From Octopus bimaculoides (lineage: Eukaryota): 64,000 nucleotides of DNA. Positions within the stretch are counted from its first letter, which is position 1; the number at the start of each line of letters is the position of its first letter. The notes under the pieces were generated by a model. It was not told where the DNA came from and did no database searches. It was given only the letters and a program-made list of their open reading frames with translations. This document shows positions 1 to 11,662 of this stretch, one piece after another. The position numbers and the translations under genes were made by a program. The stretch is taken from NCBI RefSeq assembly GCF_001194135.2, contig NC_069005.1, positions 20,762,855 to 20,826,854 on the forward strand, read 5' to 3'.

Positions 1-45
1 ATATATATATATATATATTAGATAGAGAGAAAGATAGATAGATAT

Positions 46-81
<36 letters not shown>

Positions 82-132
82 CTATATATGAATACATACA
101 TACATATATATCTATATCTATGTATGTATGTG

Positions 133-366
133 TCATCATCATCATCATCATCATTTAATGTCTGCTGGTTTGCATGGGTTAGATGGAATTTGTTGAAGCA
201 GATTTTCTATGGTTGGATGTCCTTTCTGATGGGGCAACCCTCACTTGTGTCCGAGCAAGATAATATTTCCCCATGCCCAAAAATGTGTTTCATGGAAGAC
301 TGATAATGAAGCATTGCTTGCATAATGGTGATATTCAATTACCACCATCATGTGATATCAAGAGAA
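133..366 (-). mobile_element. (GAT)n-tailed dispersed retroelement (family D, variant)
   Basis: (CAT)n tail on + strand; homologous in reverse to 47730-47975 and 49400-49590. Confidence 0.7.
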
Positions 367-415
367 TAGTATGCACAAACATGTGTGTATATATCTATAT
401 ACCTCTATAAATATA

Positions 416-462
<47 letters not shown>

Positions 463-1016
463 NNNNNNNNNNNNNNNNNNNNNNNNNNNNNNNNNNNNNN
501 NNNNNNNNNNNNNNNNNNNNNNNNNNNNNNNNNNNNNNNNNNNNNNNNNNNNNNNNNNNNNNNNNNNNNNNNNNNNNNNNNNNNNNNNNNNNNNNNNNNN
601 NNNNNNNNNNNNNNNNNNNNNNNNNNNNNNNNNNNNNNNNNNNNNNNNNNNNNNNNNNNNNNNNNNNNNNNNNNNNNNNNNNNNNNNNNNNNNNNNNNNN
701 NNNNNNNNNNNNNNNNNNNNNNNNNNNNNNNNNNNNNNNNNNNNNNNNNNNNNNNNNNNNNNNNNNNNNNNNNNNNNNNNNNNNNNNNNNNNNNNNNNNN
801 NNNNNNNNNNNNNNNNNNNNNNNNNNNNNNNNNNNNNNNNNNNNNNNNNNNNNNNNNNNNNNNNNNNNNNNNNNNNNNNNNNNNNNNNNNNNNNNNNNNN
901 NNNNNNNNNNNNNNNNNNNNNNNNNNNNNNNNNNNNNNNNNNNNNNNNNNNNNNNNNNNNNNNNNNNNNNNNNNNNNNNNNNNNNNNNNNNNNNNNNNNN
1001 NNNNNNNNNNNNNNNN

Positions 1017-1071
<55 letters not shown>

Positions 1072-1135
1072 ATATAAACTTACTTGTTAATACAGGTTCG
1101 GTGTGTGTTGTGTTTCATTACTTGATAAATGATAA

Positions 1136-1457
1136 AATGTAAAAACAAACAGGAGACAAACAGAAAGTCCATAATTCTTCATTAGTTATCGACCAATGGC
1201 ACTCTTCAGTTTCACACCTTTAATGATAAAACTGAGTGCATCCCAATTGGTGGTGCCTACAAGAAAAAGTTGCTTGTTTTGCTTCGTTTTGTTTGCTCTT
1301 CTCCCTAATTCTACACAAGGAAACTCTTTTTTGCGAGCATTGCCAACTGGGAAGCACTCAGTCTTATCGTTAAAGCTGCAAAACTGAAGAGTACCATTGG
1401 TCAATAACTGATGAAGAATTATGGACTTTCTGTTTGTTTCCCATTTGTTTTTACATT
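1136..1457. repeat. Long imperfect inverted repeat (foldback / MITE-like)
   Basis: Arms 1136-1251 and 1342-1457 are reverse complements (e.g. CAGAAAGTCCATAATTCTTCA / TGAAGAATTATGGACTTTCTG), ~90-nt spacer. Confidence 0.9.
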
Positions 1458-1988
1458 CAGTAAATGTTATGTCATTTGTTTATAGATTTTTTTCATTTAT
1501 ATATACACACACACACATATGTGTGTGTGTGTGTTTTTTATACTTAATGTGATTTACTTTGTAGAAATTACTCTCATATGCAGTACTCAATACAACATAT
1601 GAGTGTATTGTCTCATATTTTTTGATTTAATAGTTTCCACTTGAAATTTTTCAGCTACTGAGTGTTTTTGGGTGTAGTTATAAATACTTAATTACAGTCC
1701 AGTTTACGTAAATCTAAACTGACTGTCACCATCAAGTACCAAGTTATTTATTAGTAATGTATATGAAATAATCTTACATGGTAGTTAAATAAGAATATGA
1801 AATTGAAATTGAAATATATTTGGAATTAATCATAGTTTTTATATGAAATGGATTACCTTAGCTTTATTCTTTATAGTAAACAATACAAGGGGCTTAAATA
1901 TATTAGTCTACTGAAAGGTTTTAGCAATCCTTCAATTAATATTTATTAGTTTTCATAAAAACTACTAATCATGAAACAAAATTTATAT

Positions 1989-2497
1989 ACACAGAGTGTC
2001 CCAGAATTGACTATTTTTTTAAAAACTTGCTTTTATTTACGTTTATCATGTTGAAATTGTATTAAAAGTGTATAAATTTTAAATTTTGTTTATGATTTTG
2101 ATAATTTTTCTTTATAATTTTATTTCTATTCCTATTGGATCCTGCTTATCTGTCCATGATATTTTGTTTCCAATTTGGCTACAATCATTTTCTATACCTC
2201 CATTCCCTGAATGGAACAATAAGTTTAGCTAAACTTAAGAACGTGTTCAGTTAGCAGTGCAGGAGACAACTGAAATGCTTCAAAATGTGTTTGACAATGC
2301 TAAGGAGAGATTTGAAATTTGCTGGGATACAGACGGAATACATGTTGAAAATTTTCAATAAAGTTTTGACGTAAGATTTTTAAATCTATTTGTTTTGATA
2401 TAACAATTAAGTAATTAACATGAAATTCTGTCAGTTTTTTTTTTTAAATTTGGTCAAAGATTATTGAAATAGACAGTAAATTCTGGGACACCCTGTA
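1989..2497 (+). mobile_element. Non-autonomous Tc1/mariner derivative
   Basis: TIRs CAGAGTGTCCCAGAATT / AATTCTGGGACACCCTG-TA; internal remnant MLQNVFDNAKERFEICWDTDGIHVENFQ* resembles a Tc1/mariner transposase C-terminus. Confidence 0.8.
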
Positions 2498-2816
2498 TTT
2501 ATGTATATTTATGTTAACTTTTCAAGAAAAAACTGTTGACAATAACTTTGTCGATTCAGCTTACATACCTTCAAAAGACTGTCTCATAAAGTTGACCAAG
2601 CCAACACTTTCAAGGCACAGTCAATATTACTTTCCTTGTAAAAGTTAAAGACATAACTAGTCTAGTAAAAAGTACTGAGTAATCAGACAGTTCGATATTA
2701 AACTGTTTTTATACATAACTTTATATACAAACAAACATAGATGCGTGTGTGTAGAAGTGTGTGTATGTTCATATATATATGGATATACATACACACAAAT
2801 GTACATATATATATAC

Positions 2817-2900
<84 letters not shown>

Positions 2901-2971
2901 GTGCGTGTGGCGTGTGTATATTGTATGTATATATGTATGTATGTATGTATGTGTATATATATATATGTATG

Positions 2972-3021
<50 letters not shown>

Positions 3022-3539
3022 AAATTATATATAATATAGATAGAGAGAGAGAAAGAGACCCAAAGAAATAAACACAAACATACTGTGTATATTCACAAGT
3101 ATGAACGTATGTATATACACATATATATATATACACACGCACACACAGACATACATACATACATATATATAATTTTGGTCAAGTCAGCCTCCACTTGCTA
3201 CTCTGAGATTCACCTGTAAGCACACAGGATCTTCAAGATATATATATATATATAGATATATATTCATATATACATACATACACATACACATATACAAAGG
3301 TGTGCACCATATCTATGCATGAGGATACATATCACAGGCATCTATAAAAGAGTTAGATGGTGACATGTATAAGGAGTGTGTGTGTGTCTGTGTGTGTGTG
3401 CACGCATATGGGTCTGTATGGAAGTGGCTGCAGGTTGAATAATTAGTAAGAGAAAGGGTAAGAATTGTATCTGAATATGAATGGATTAGTGGTCATACTA
3501 ATTTTGGTGAAAAATGTTACTGAAAGGACTTCTTTGTGC

Positions 3540-3910
3540 ATTGAAAATTTGTATAGAACATACAACCATTTCATTCTCTCTCACATAAGCATTCCGTCTG
3601 GTAGCATCCCTTCCACACTATTTCTGCCTCTCTTGCTTATATCAACCACTGTTTTTCAACCCTATCTATTTCTACTCACTCTCTCCTTCCTTTCTCATCC
3701 TTTCCCTACTTTCTCCTGGCTATCTACTCTACTAGTTATATTCCACCAACAGCTACCTCCACCCACACCATCACCTACTATTGGCTTATATACTATTCAC
3801 ACCCATTATTTATCTACATGCCATCTTATAAACGCATATACCTGTAGAAGTGTATCTTCTTGTATGCTTATGACATCTATCTCTGTGCACAAATTTCTAC
3901 TGTTTATATT
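3540..3910 (+). mobile_element. Degenerate non-LTR reverse transcriptase fragment
   Basis: Frameshifted RT-like stretch with FLYAYDIY (decayed LYADD) near 3858-3880. Confidence 0.4.
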
Positions 3911-3952
3911 TTACTAAGCTTTCCTTGTATTGTTTCTATACTTCACACATAA

Positions 3953-4085
3953 ATATTATGTTTTACTTATATCATAAGCCTTATATATTATGTTTTACTT
4001 ATATCATAAGCCTTATATATTATGTTTTACTTATATCATAAGCCTTATATATTATGTTTTACTTATATCATAAGCCTTATATATT
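3953..4085. repeat. 32-bp minisatellite x4
   Basis: ATATTATGTTTTACTTATATCATAAGCCTTAT at 3953, 3985, 4017, 4049. Confidence 0.95.
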
Positions 4086-4275
4086 CTAGATGTCAGTTAC
4101 TTTACAATATTATGTTACTCAGAGTTTTAAAGTTATCCTTATTTATGGAAATGCAACTCTGAGAAATGGAAATGGTGTAAACTGGGACCGTAATCTTATA
4201 AATCAAATAAAAGTACTGAGTGCTACTTTAATGTGTTTGGTTTTTGCTTTTTCCATGTATGTAATCTCTCTTATA

Positions 4276-4319
<44 letters not shown>

Positions 4320-4547
4320 TTTAACATCCGCTTTCCATGCTAGCATGGGTTATATATATGTATCATCTGAAGGTTTTGAGTTTAATCCCCACTACATCAG
4401 GAGGACACCTAGGAGTCACTACCTAGGTGGGCCTGGGTAGTCAGGAACTAACAGGTTGAAACACTTGTCTGATGGGAGTTCTTCTGAAGATTTCTCCTAC
4501 TGTCTGCTTTCCCTGTAGCTTACTATCACTCACTCAATCAATCAATG

Positions 4548-4579
<32 letters not shown>

Positions 4580-4870
4580 TGTATGTATGTATGTATGTGT
4601 GTATGTTTGTGTGTGCATGTGTGTATATATAATGTATATATGTGTGTGTGTGTATGTATACACACACACACACACACATTGTATTACGAAGCTGAAAAAT
4701 CCCATGTTACAACTATTAGATTCTCATTCATTCCTGATGCTCAGGTACTTGGGAAAATGGTATGTGAAATTATTTGTTATAACTTGTATATTTTCATCTT
4801 TGAAATAAGCAGGGTAATCTATTTCTTAAGCACTTTTTTTTCGTTTCTGGAAACATAAACAGTTTCGGAG

Positions 4871-4909
<39 letters not shown>

Positions 4910-5779
4910 CCATCATTTTTACAACTGCTTTCCATGCTAGTATGAAACATACATATATACACATTTATGTTTATCTGTGCATGTGTGTGTGTGTGTGTGT
5001 GTATGTATGTGTGTGTGTGTGAGGGAGAGAGTCTAAATATCACATATTGATTTCAAACAACCAGTTATAAATTATAAAGTGTTGTCATGTGATCTACTGG
5101 TACTCTTAAAACTGGTAGTTGCCAGTATTTCATTGATCCACACAACACAGTCATATCGATGGTAACCATGGCGTCCTGTGATGTTTGCAGGGAAGTCTTT
5201 GTGTGTTTGTGTATGTGGCAAATGTATGTGTATGTATGCATGTATGTATGGGCATTTTGGAATATAATTACATGTTTGTTTAAGTATGTTATTACACTTG
5301 TCTGGATATATCATTATCTCTGTACCTTGGATGGTGGTGGTTGTGTTGGGCATAGATCTGTTTCTTGACAAAGGGTATTGGTACCTTGGGTATGTGTTTG
5401 AGTGTTTTGAGTAGAGTTCAATCAATGTATACTGTAAATATTTGGTACCTTGTTAAAAGCAGTTGTTGCTTTGCAGTAGCATCAGTGTACACTCTCTGTT
5501 TAACTATGTACATTAGTATGATCTTTGGAATAGTTCCTTGCTAAGTATATCAGAACAGGTGTAGATGTAGTCAGTATTGCCAATTAAGGTTTCAATCTGT
5601 ATCTTGGTTTAATCAGGACTGCCCTTGTAAATGGGTTAACTTGGGTAAGTGTATTGACCACATTGGTACTCTCGGTATATCCAGTTGATGGCCACCACAC
5701 TTGATAAATCACAACAAAAGTGTCATTCAGAACGCAAAGGTTTATGTTATTTGTTGGTCTGATCCTTTCTGTCTTCTCC

Positions 5780-5859
5780 TCATTTGAAAATGTGTAAGTT
5801 GTATAAGCTGAAGCCCATTCTACCTTGCAATGCACAGTAGATGTACACCACATGGTACA
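5780..5859 (-). CDS. TMEM134: TMEM134 terminal coding exon (VYHVVYIYCALQGRMGFSLYNLHIFK*)
   Basis: CATCTGTTTCAG| acceptor, TGA at 5780-5782, conserved TMEM134/TMEM230-type C-terminus. Missed by the ORF track, which shows another frame. Confidence 0.95.
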
Positions 5860-8800
5860 CTGAAACAGATGACAAAAAATGATTATATGTTCACAATTTT
5901 TATCTATCTACAGTGTGATTCAAAAGTCATCATCCATAAGAACAATTTATTTTTTATAAGAAACAATTTTTTTTTATTTAACCATTTCTTATAAAAAAAA
6001 AATTAATACTACATATATATNNNNNNNNNNNNNNNNNNNNNNNNNNNNNNNNNNNNNNNNNNNNNNNNNNNNNNNNNNNNNNNNNNNNNNNNNNNNNNNN
6101 NNNNNNNNNNNNNNNNNNNNNNNNNNNNNNNNNNNNNNNNNNNNNNNNNNNNNNNNNNNNNNNNNNNNNNNNNNNNNNNNNNNNNNNNNNNNNNNNNNNN
6201 NNNNNNNNNNNNNNNNNNNNNNNNNNNNNNNNNNNNNNNNNNNNNNNAACAAGGATATCCAGAGGTAATGCAGTCCGATCGTTTCATGCAACTCCATTTA
6301 ATTGAACAATGCAATCATTACATCAATTTAAAATGCAGAGCAATCTTCAGCTGCACAAAGACATAGAATTTAATTAAATTAAAACAGATGGACACATTAG
6401 TATAATTTTACTTAAAATCTCCAAGAAGTTAAGGAGATAGACAAAGAACATGCTGTCGATGCCTCTTTTTATCATCTATTATAATTCCATTCACATCTAT
6501 GATTCATTATAAGAAGAATATAAATCAACCCCATTACTTGACTAATCCTCCTCATCATCATCATTATCAGCAGCATCACTTAACGTTCATTTTCCATGCT
6601 GGTATAGGTTGGACTGTTTGACTGGAGCTGGTAAGCTGCATCAGATCCAGTCTGTTTTGGCTTGATTTCTACAGCTGGATGCCCTTCCTAATGCCAAACA
6701 CTTTACAGTATGTGCTGGGTGCTTTTTATGTGTCACTGACATGGGTGACCTTTACATGTTACTGGCACAGGTGCCTTTTACATGTCAACGGCATGGATGT
6801 CTTTCATGTGTCACCAGCACTGGCCACGACCATGATTTCACTTAGCTTGATATGTCTTCTCAAACACAGCAAATCGCCAGAAGTCTCAGTCACTTGTCAT
6901 TGCCTGTGTGAGACACTTATCAAATCTGAAATGAACAGCAAAGTTGACCTCAACAGGGTTTGAAATCAGAAGGTAAAAGATTGTGACCAAATACCATAAG
7001 CCATATTGTATGAACACTAGAGCTTCACAATTAAATCGATTCAAATATGAATTATGTTTCTGTAAAAATAGTCTAGTAAAGGACCTCCCTCACAACACCA
7101 GTCATTATTTTTTTCCTTTACTCTTTCAAATTCAATAATCTATAATTGGATGGTTGGAATGGTTTGTGTTCTGAAACAATTGTTCTTTACATTTGGTTAG
7201 ATTTCCCTAACTTTCTACCACCAACCACTGAACTATGATGCAGGGAGTTAGTGGGACCTGTTTTTGTAGTTGGATGTGATCCCTTCTTGCTGAAGTATGG
7301 GAGTGGTGGGATTTGCTTTCACAGCTGGATCAAAGTCCCTTCTTACTCTTCAAACGAATTATATAACTTAAGCTCTGATGAAGGATGGAATTTTATCGAA
7401 CAAGACTTACCTCCAGGAATAAAGCATATAAGTCCAGCAATGAACAATACAACACTGTGTGATGCTGCAGAAGGAAAGAAATTAAACATCATTTATTGAG
7501 GCATTGTATTAAATAAAAACATGTTTTGTGTTGTTTTATTTGTAGCAAGTTAGAAAATTTTTTTTAATAAAAGCGAGTTGTAGTTTGCTTGAAGCATTGT
7601 AGTACAGATGTAAAATAATAAATGAAATGAGAAACAAGGTAAGCATATCCCAGTGCATCTCCCTCACTATCCTCTTGGGCAACGCCTTTTCCATTTTGTC
7701 TGCTGGTGCTATGAGGAATTGTGAGAGGTAAGATTCTCCATTAAAAGATAAAAGTTATCTACATATTTGTTTATCTCTCATGTCATATAAATATATATAT
7801 ATGGCATATACACACATGAATATACATATGTATGAATATATAAGCACACACATACACGCACATATATCTATAAAGAGATATTTAAAGAAAAGAGGAAAGC
7901 TTCTAAAAAAGCAGAAAGTTTATAAAACCTTTATATTAAGAAACAAACTCCTAACCACACAGATATGTCTGCACATGAGGTTTCACACACACACAAACAC
8001 AGATGTGACAGCAATAACAGTGCCAAACAGTGTTTAGGCATAAGTGAACTTTAAGTTAGTTAAAATATGTTTGTGACATATTGTGAATTTGCCTTTAGAA
8101 GTTGAAATATGTCACAGACATATTTTAACTAACCTAAAGTTCACATATCTCGCTCTCTATGTATGTATGTGTATATATATATANNNNNNNNNNNNNNNNN
8201 NNNNNNNNNNNNNNNNNNNNNNNNNNNNNNNNNNNNNNNNNNNNNNNNNNNNNNNNNNNNNNNNNNNNNNNNNNNNNNNNNNNNNNNNNNNNNNNNNNNN
8301 NNNNNNNNNNNNNNNNNNNNNNNNNNNNNNNNNNNNNNNNNNNNNNNNNNNNNNNNNNNNNNNNNNNNNNNNNNNNNNNNNNNNNNNNNNNNNNNNNNNN
8401 NNNNNNNNNNNNNNNNNNNNNNNNNNNNNNNNNNNNNNNNNNNNNNNNNNNNNNNNNNNNNNNNNNNNNNNNNNNNNNNNNNNNNNNNNNNNNNNNNNNN
8501 NNNNNNNNNNNNNNNNNNNNNNNNNNNNNNNNNNNNNNNNNNNNNNNNNNNNNNNNNNNNNNNNNNNNNNNNNNNNNNNNNNNNNNNNNNNNNNNNNNNN
8601 NNNNNNTATATATATATATATATATGTACATATGTATATGAGTGTGTGTGTTTAGGGGTTTGTTTACACAAAATTTCACCCACAAGGAATTGGTTATTTT
8701 GAGGCTATTGTAGAACAAACTTGTCCAAAGAATAAGTACTGAGGGATCAAACTGGACGTAAGCTGGTGATGAAGTGAAGTTAACCACACAGTCAGCCTTT

Positions 8801-9146
8801 GCCAGGAATGTAACTTTGAGCATATTATAGTTATTATAGTTTGCCTTATGGAGTCCTTTTGTAAGAGTTTTATTCTTCAGCTACAAGCCTGGAGGAATGT
8901 GTGTCTACTAGGAAGTCTTTTAATTACTGTGTGTGTGTGTGTGTGTTTGTGTGTCTTAGGCATGTTGATGCAAACTGGAAAAATAGAACTCAAAATATGA
9001 GTATATGTATATTTTTATTAATATTTAGCTGAAGCAACAAACTGGTCCAAGGGCCGAGAATTCTGATTGCTTCATAATTACCAACACATGAAACTCTTGG
9101 TACATGAGTCACTCTGTTACTTCTGCTAAATACATACATACACACA

Positions 9147-9195
<49 letters not shown>

Positions 9196-11615
9196 TTGGA
9201 AATGGATGCACAGCGTTCAATTAAATAATAATATAAATAATATATACATACATACATACATACATGCATACATATATGGGTACAGGACATCACCAACTGT
9301 GTAAACAACATGAAGTACAAAAACAAATGAGTTAAATATGCAAACAAGAGAAACAAATGGAAAACAGGATAAGTAACATAAAGACCGACCCTTCATCATT
9401 TGTCGGCTGTCTATCTACTCCTAATTTCGAGCATTCAATGACAATATGAGTTGTCGAAGACAGTTGCTCCCATAAATTCCAAAATAAAATTTTGGATTTC
9501 TGGAGGGTCAAAGTTGGGAACAAAAACAGGACAGTAGAGACATACAAGGAAGCTGAAAAAATAACAAACATGAAGGGTCATAATGAGAGGAAAATAATGA
9601 ATGCTGGGAGAAATATCTTCTTTGAAAAGAGAAAAGATAGAAGAGAGAGAGAGAGAAGACATCCAGTCCTTAGAATGATGTGCAAGAAAAGAAAGATGAT
9701 AACGTGTGTGCAATGAGAGAGAGAAAAACAGAAAGAAAGAGACAGAGAGAGGGAGAGACAAACAGAAAATGGTGAACGGAAGAAAAGGGTATTAGAGTAG
9801 AATGGGAATGCTCGAAATGAGGAGTAGATAGACAACCAGCAACTGATGAATGGTCATTCTTTCTGTTACTTGTCCTATTTTCAATTTTTTCTCTTGTTGT
9901 TTGCATATTTAACTTGTTTGTTTTCGTACTTCATGTTGTTTACACAGTTGGTGATGTCCTGTACCCATATATGCATACATATATATACATACATATATAC
10001 ATATATATATATAAATATACATATAAATATACATNNNNNNNNNNNNNNNNNNNNNNNNNNNNNNNNNNNNNNNNNNNNNNNNNNNNNNNNNNNNNNNNNN
10101 NNNNNNNNNNNNNNNNNNNNNNNNNNNNNNNNNNNNNNNNNNNNNNNNNNNNNNNNNNNNNNNNNNNNNNNNNNNNNNNNNNNNNNNNNNNNNNNNNNNN
10201 NNNNNNNNNNNNNNNNNNNNNNNNNNNNNNNNNNNNNNNNNNNNNNNNNNNNNNNNNNNNNNNNNNNNNNNNNNNNNNNNNNNNNNNNNNNNNNNNNNNN
10301 NNNNNNNNNNNNNNNNNNNNNNNNNNNNNNNNNNNNNNNNNNNNNNNNNNNNNNNNNNNNNNNNNNNNNNNNNNNNNNNNNNNNNNNNNNNNNNNNNNNN
10401 NNNNNNNNNNNNNNNNNNNNNNNNNNNNNNNNNNNNNNNNNNNNNNNNNNNNNNNNNNNNNNNNNNNNNNNNNNNNNNNNNNNNNNNNNNNNNNNNNNNN
10501 NNNNNNNNNNNNNNNNNNNNNNNNNNNNNNNNNNNNNNNNNNNNNNNNNNNNNNNNNNNNNNNNNNNNNNNNNNNNNNNNNNNNNNNNNNNNNNNNNNNN
10601 NNNNNNNNNNNNNNNNNNNNNNNNNNNNNNNNNNNNNNNNNNNNNNNNNNNNNNNNNNNNNNNNNNNNNNNNNNNNNNNNNNNNNNNNCACAATTATGAA
10701 TACAACAAGAAATAACAACAGGCGTCTTTCGACTGAGAACGGTTCAAATTGAGCTGGCGTGTATGAAGTGAAAACCTAAAGGCAGGAACATGAGAGATGG
10801 ACACAAGACGTGTTGGCAGTCAGGCCAAGAAAAAAAGATCATGCATGACCGGACACTGGTCACGTGGAAGGAGGAGAGATGGGTAGGGGACAGCGGGATT
10901 GAGGATTAGAAAAAAAGTCAGAAACAAAGGGAAACGTACAAGGGAGATAGACAAGTGGGAAATAGTGGGAGTTAAAGAAAGAGAGGGCCAAAAATGTGAG
11001 AGAGGGGGAGCAAGAGAAAGGAAGAAAAATGAGAGGGGGAATAAAAGATAGAGTAAGTAAGAGTCGTACAAAACTTAGATACATACCTACTATAAGGTGA
11101 GATATATATATGTATAAATATATATATATGTATATAAATGTATGTACACATCCTTTTGTTGTTTACACCACCTGTCCTCGTCTGTTGTTGTTTTTTTTGT
11201 AAATTCTCCCACTCATAAGTGTCAATGACAAAATAAGTGCTCAATACTACATTGGTGGATATAATTTCCTTATTTGTGAATTAAGGCTACCATTGGTTCC
11301 ATGTTGAGAAAAGTAGGAAAATATCCAAGTGTCTTCACAATTTTTCCAACATGGAGGAAAACACCTTTCTGCATGTGATCAGCTTGAAAAATTGTTTAGA
11401 CACTAGGATATTTTCCTACTTTACTTAATATGAAACCAATATACTCTATAAAGTGGTTGGCACTAGGAAGGGCATCCAGCCATAGAAACCATGTGAAAAC
11501 AGACACTAGAGCTTGCTGCAGTCCTGTCATTTGCCATCTCCTACCAAACCATCCAACCCAAGCCAGCATGGAAAACGGAAGTTAAATGATGATGATGAAT
11601 GATATGTGTGTGTGT

Positions 11616-11662
<47 letters not shown>

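Noticed and set aside
371-1090. Long ORFs containing X runs or YI/HT/CV/LS repeats, here and throughout the track
   Set aside because: They are translations of N-gaps and (TA)n, (CA)n, (GA)n microsatellites, with no coding signal
1380-1440. CTGATGA motifs in the inverted-repeat arms (also ~9843) as hammerhead cores
   Set aside because: No GAAA box at the proper position and no stem I pairing
1694-1726. Small hairpin ACAGT-C-CAGTTTA-loop-TAAACTG-ACTGT as a Helitron end
   Set aside because: No CTRR terminus or A|T insertion context nearby
5584-5853. 89-aa minus ORF MWCTSTVHCK…
   Set aside because: Alternative frame overlapping the true TMEM134 last exon and 3' UTR
7372-7410. CTGATGA-AG-GAT…ATC-GAAC hammerhead-like string
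   Set aside because: Stem II closing pair is mismatched, GAAC replaces GAAA, no stem I or III; it overlaps a splice donor on the other strand
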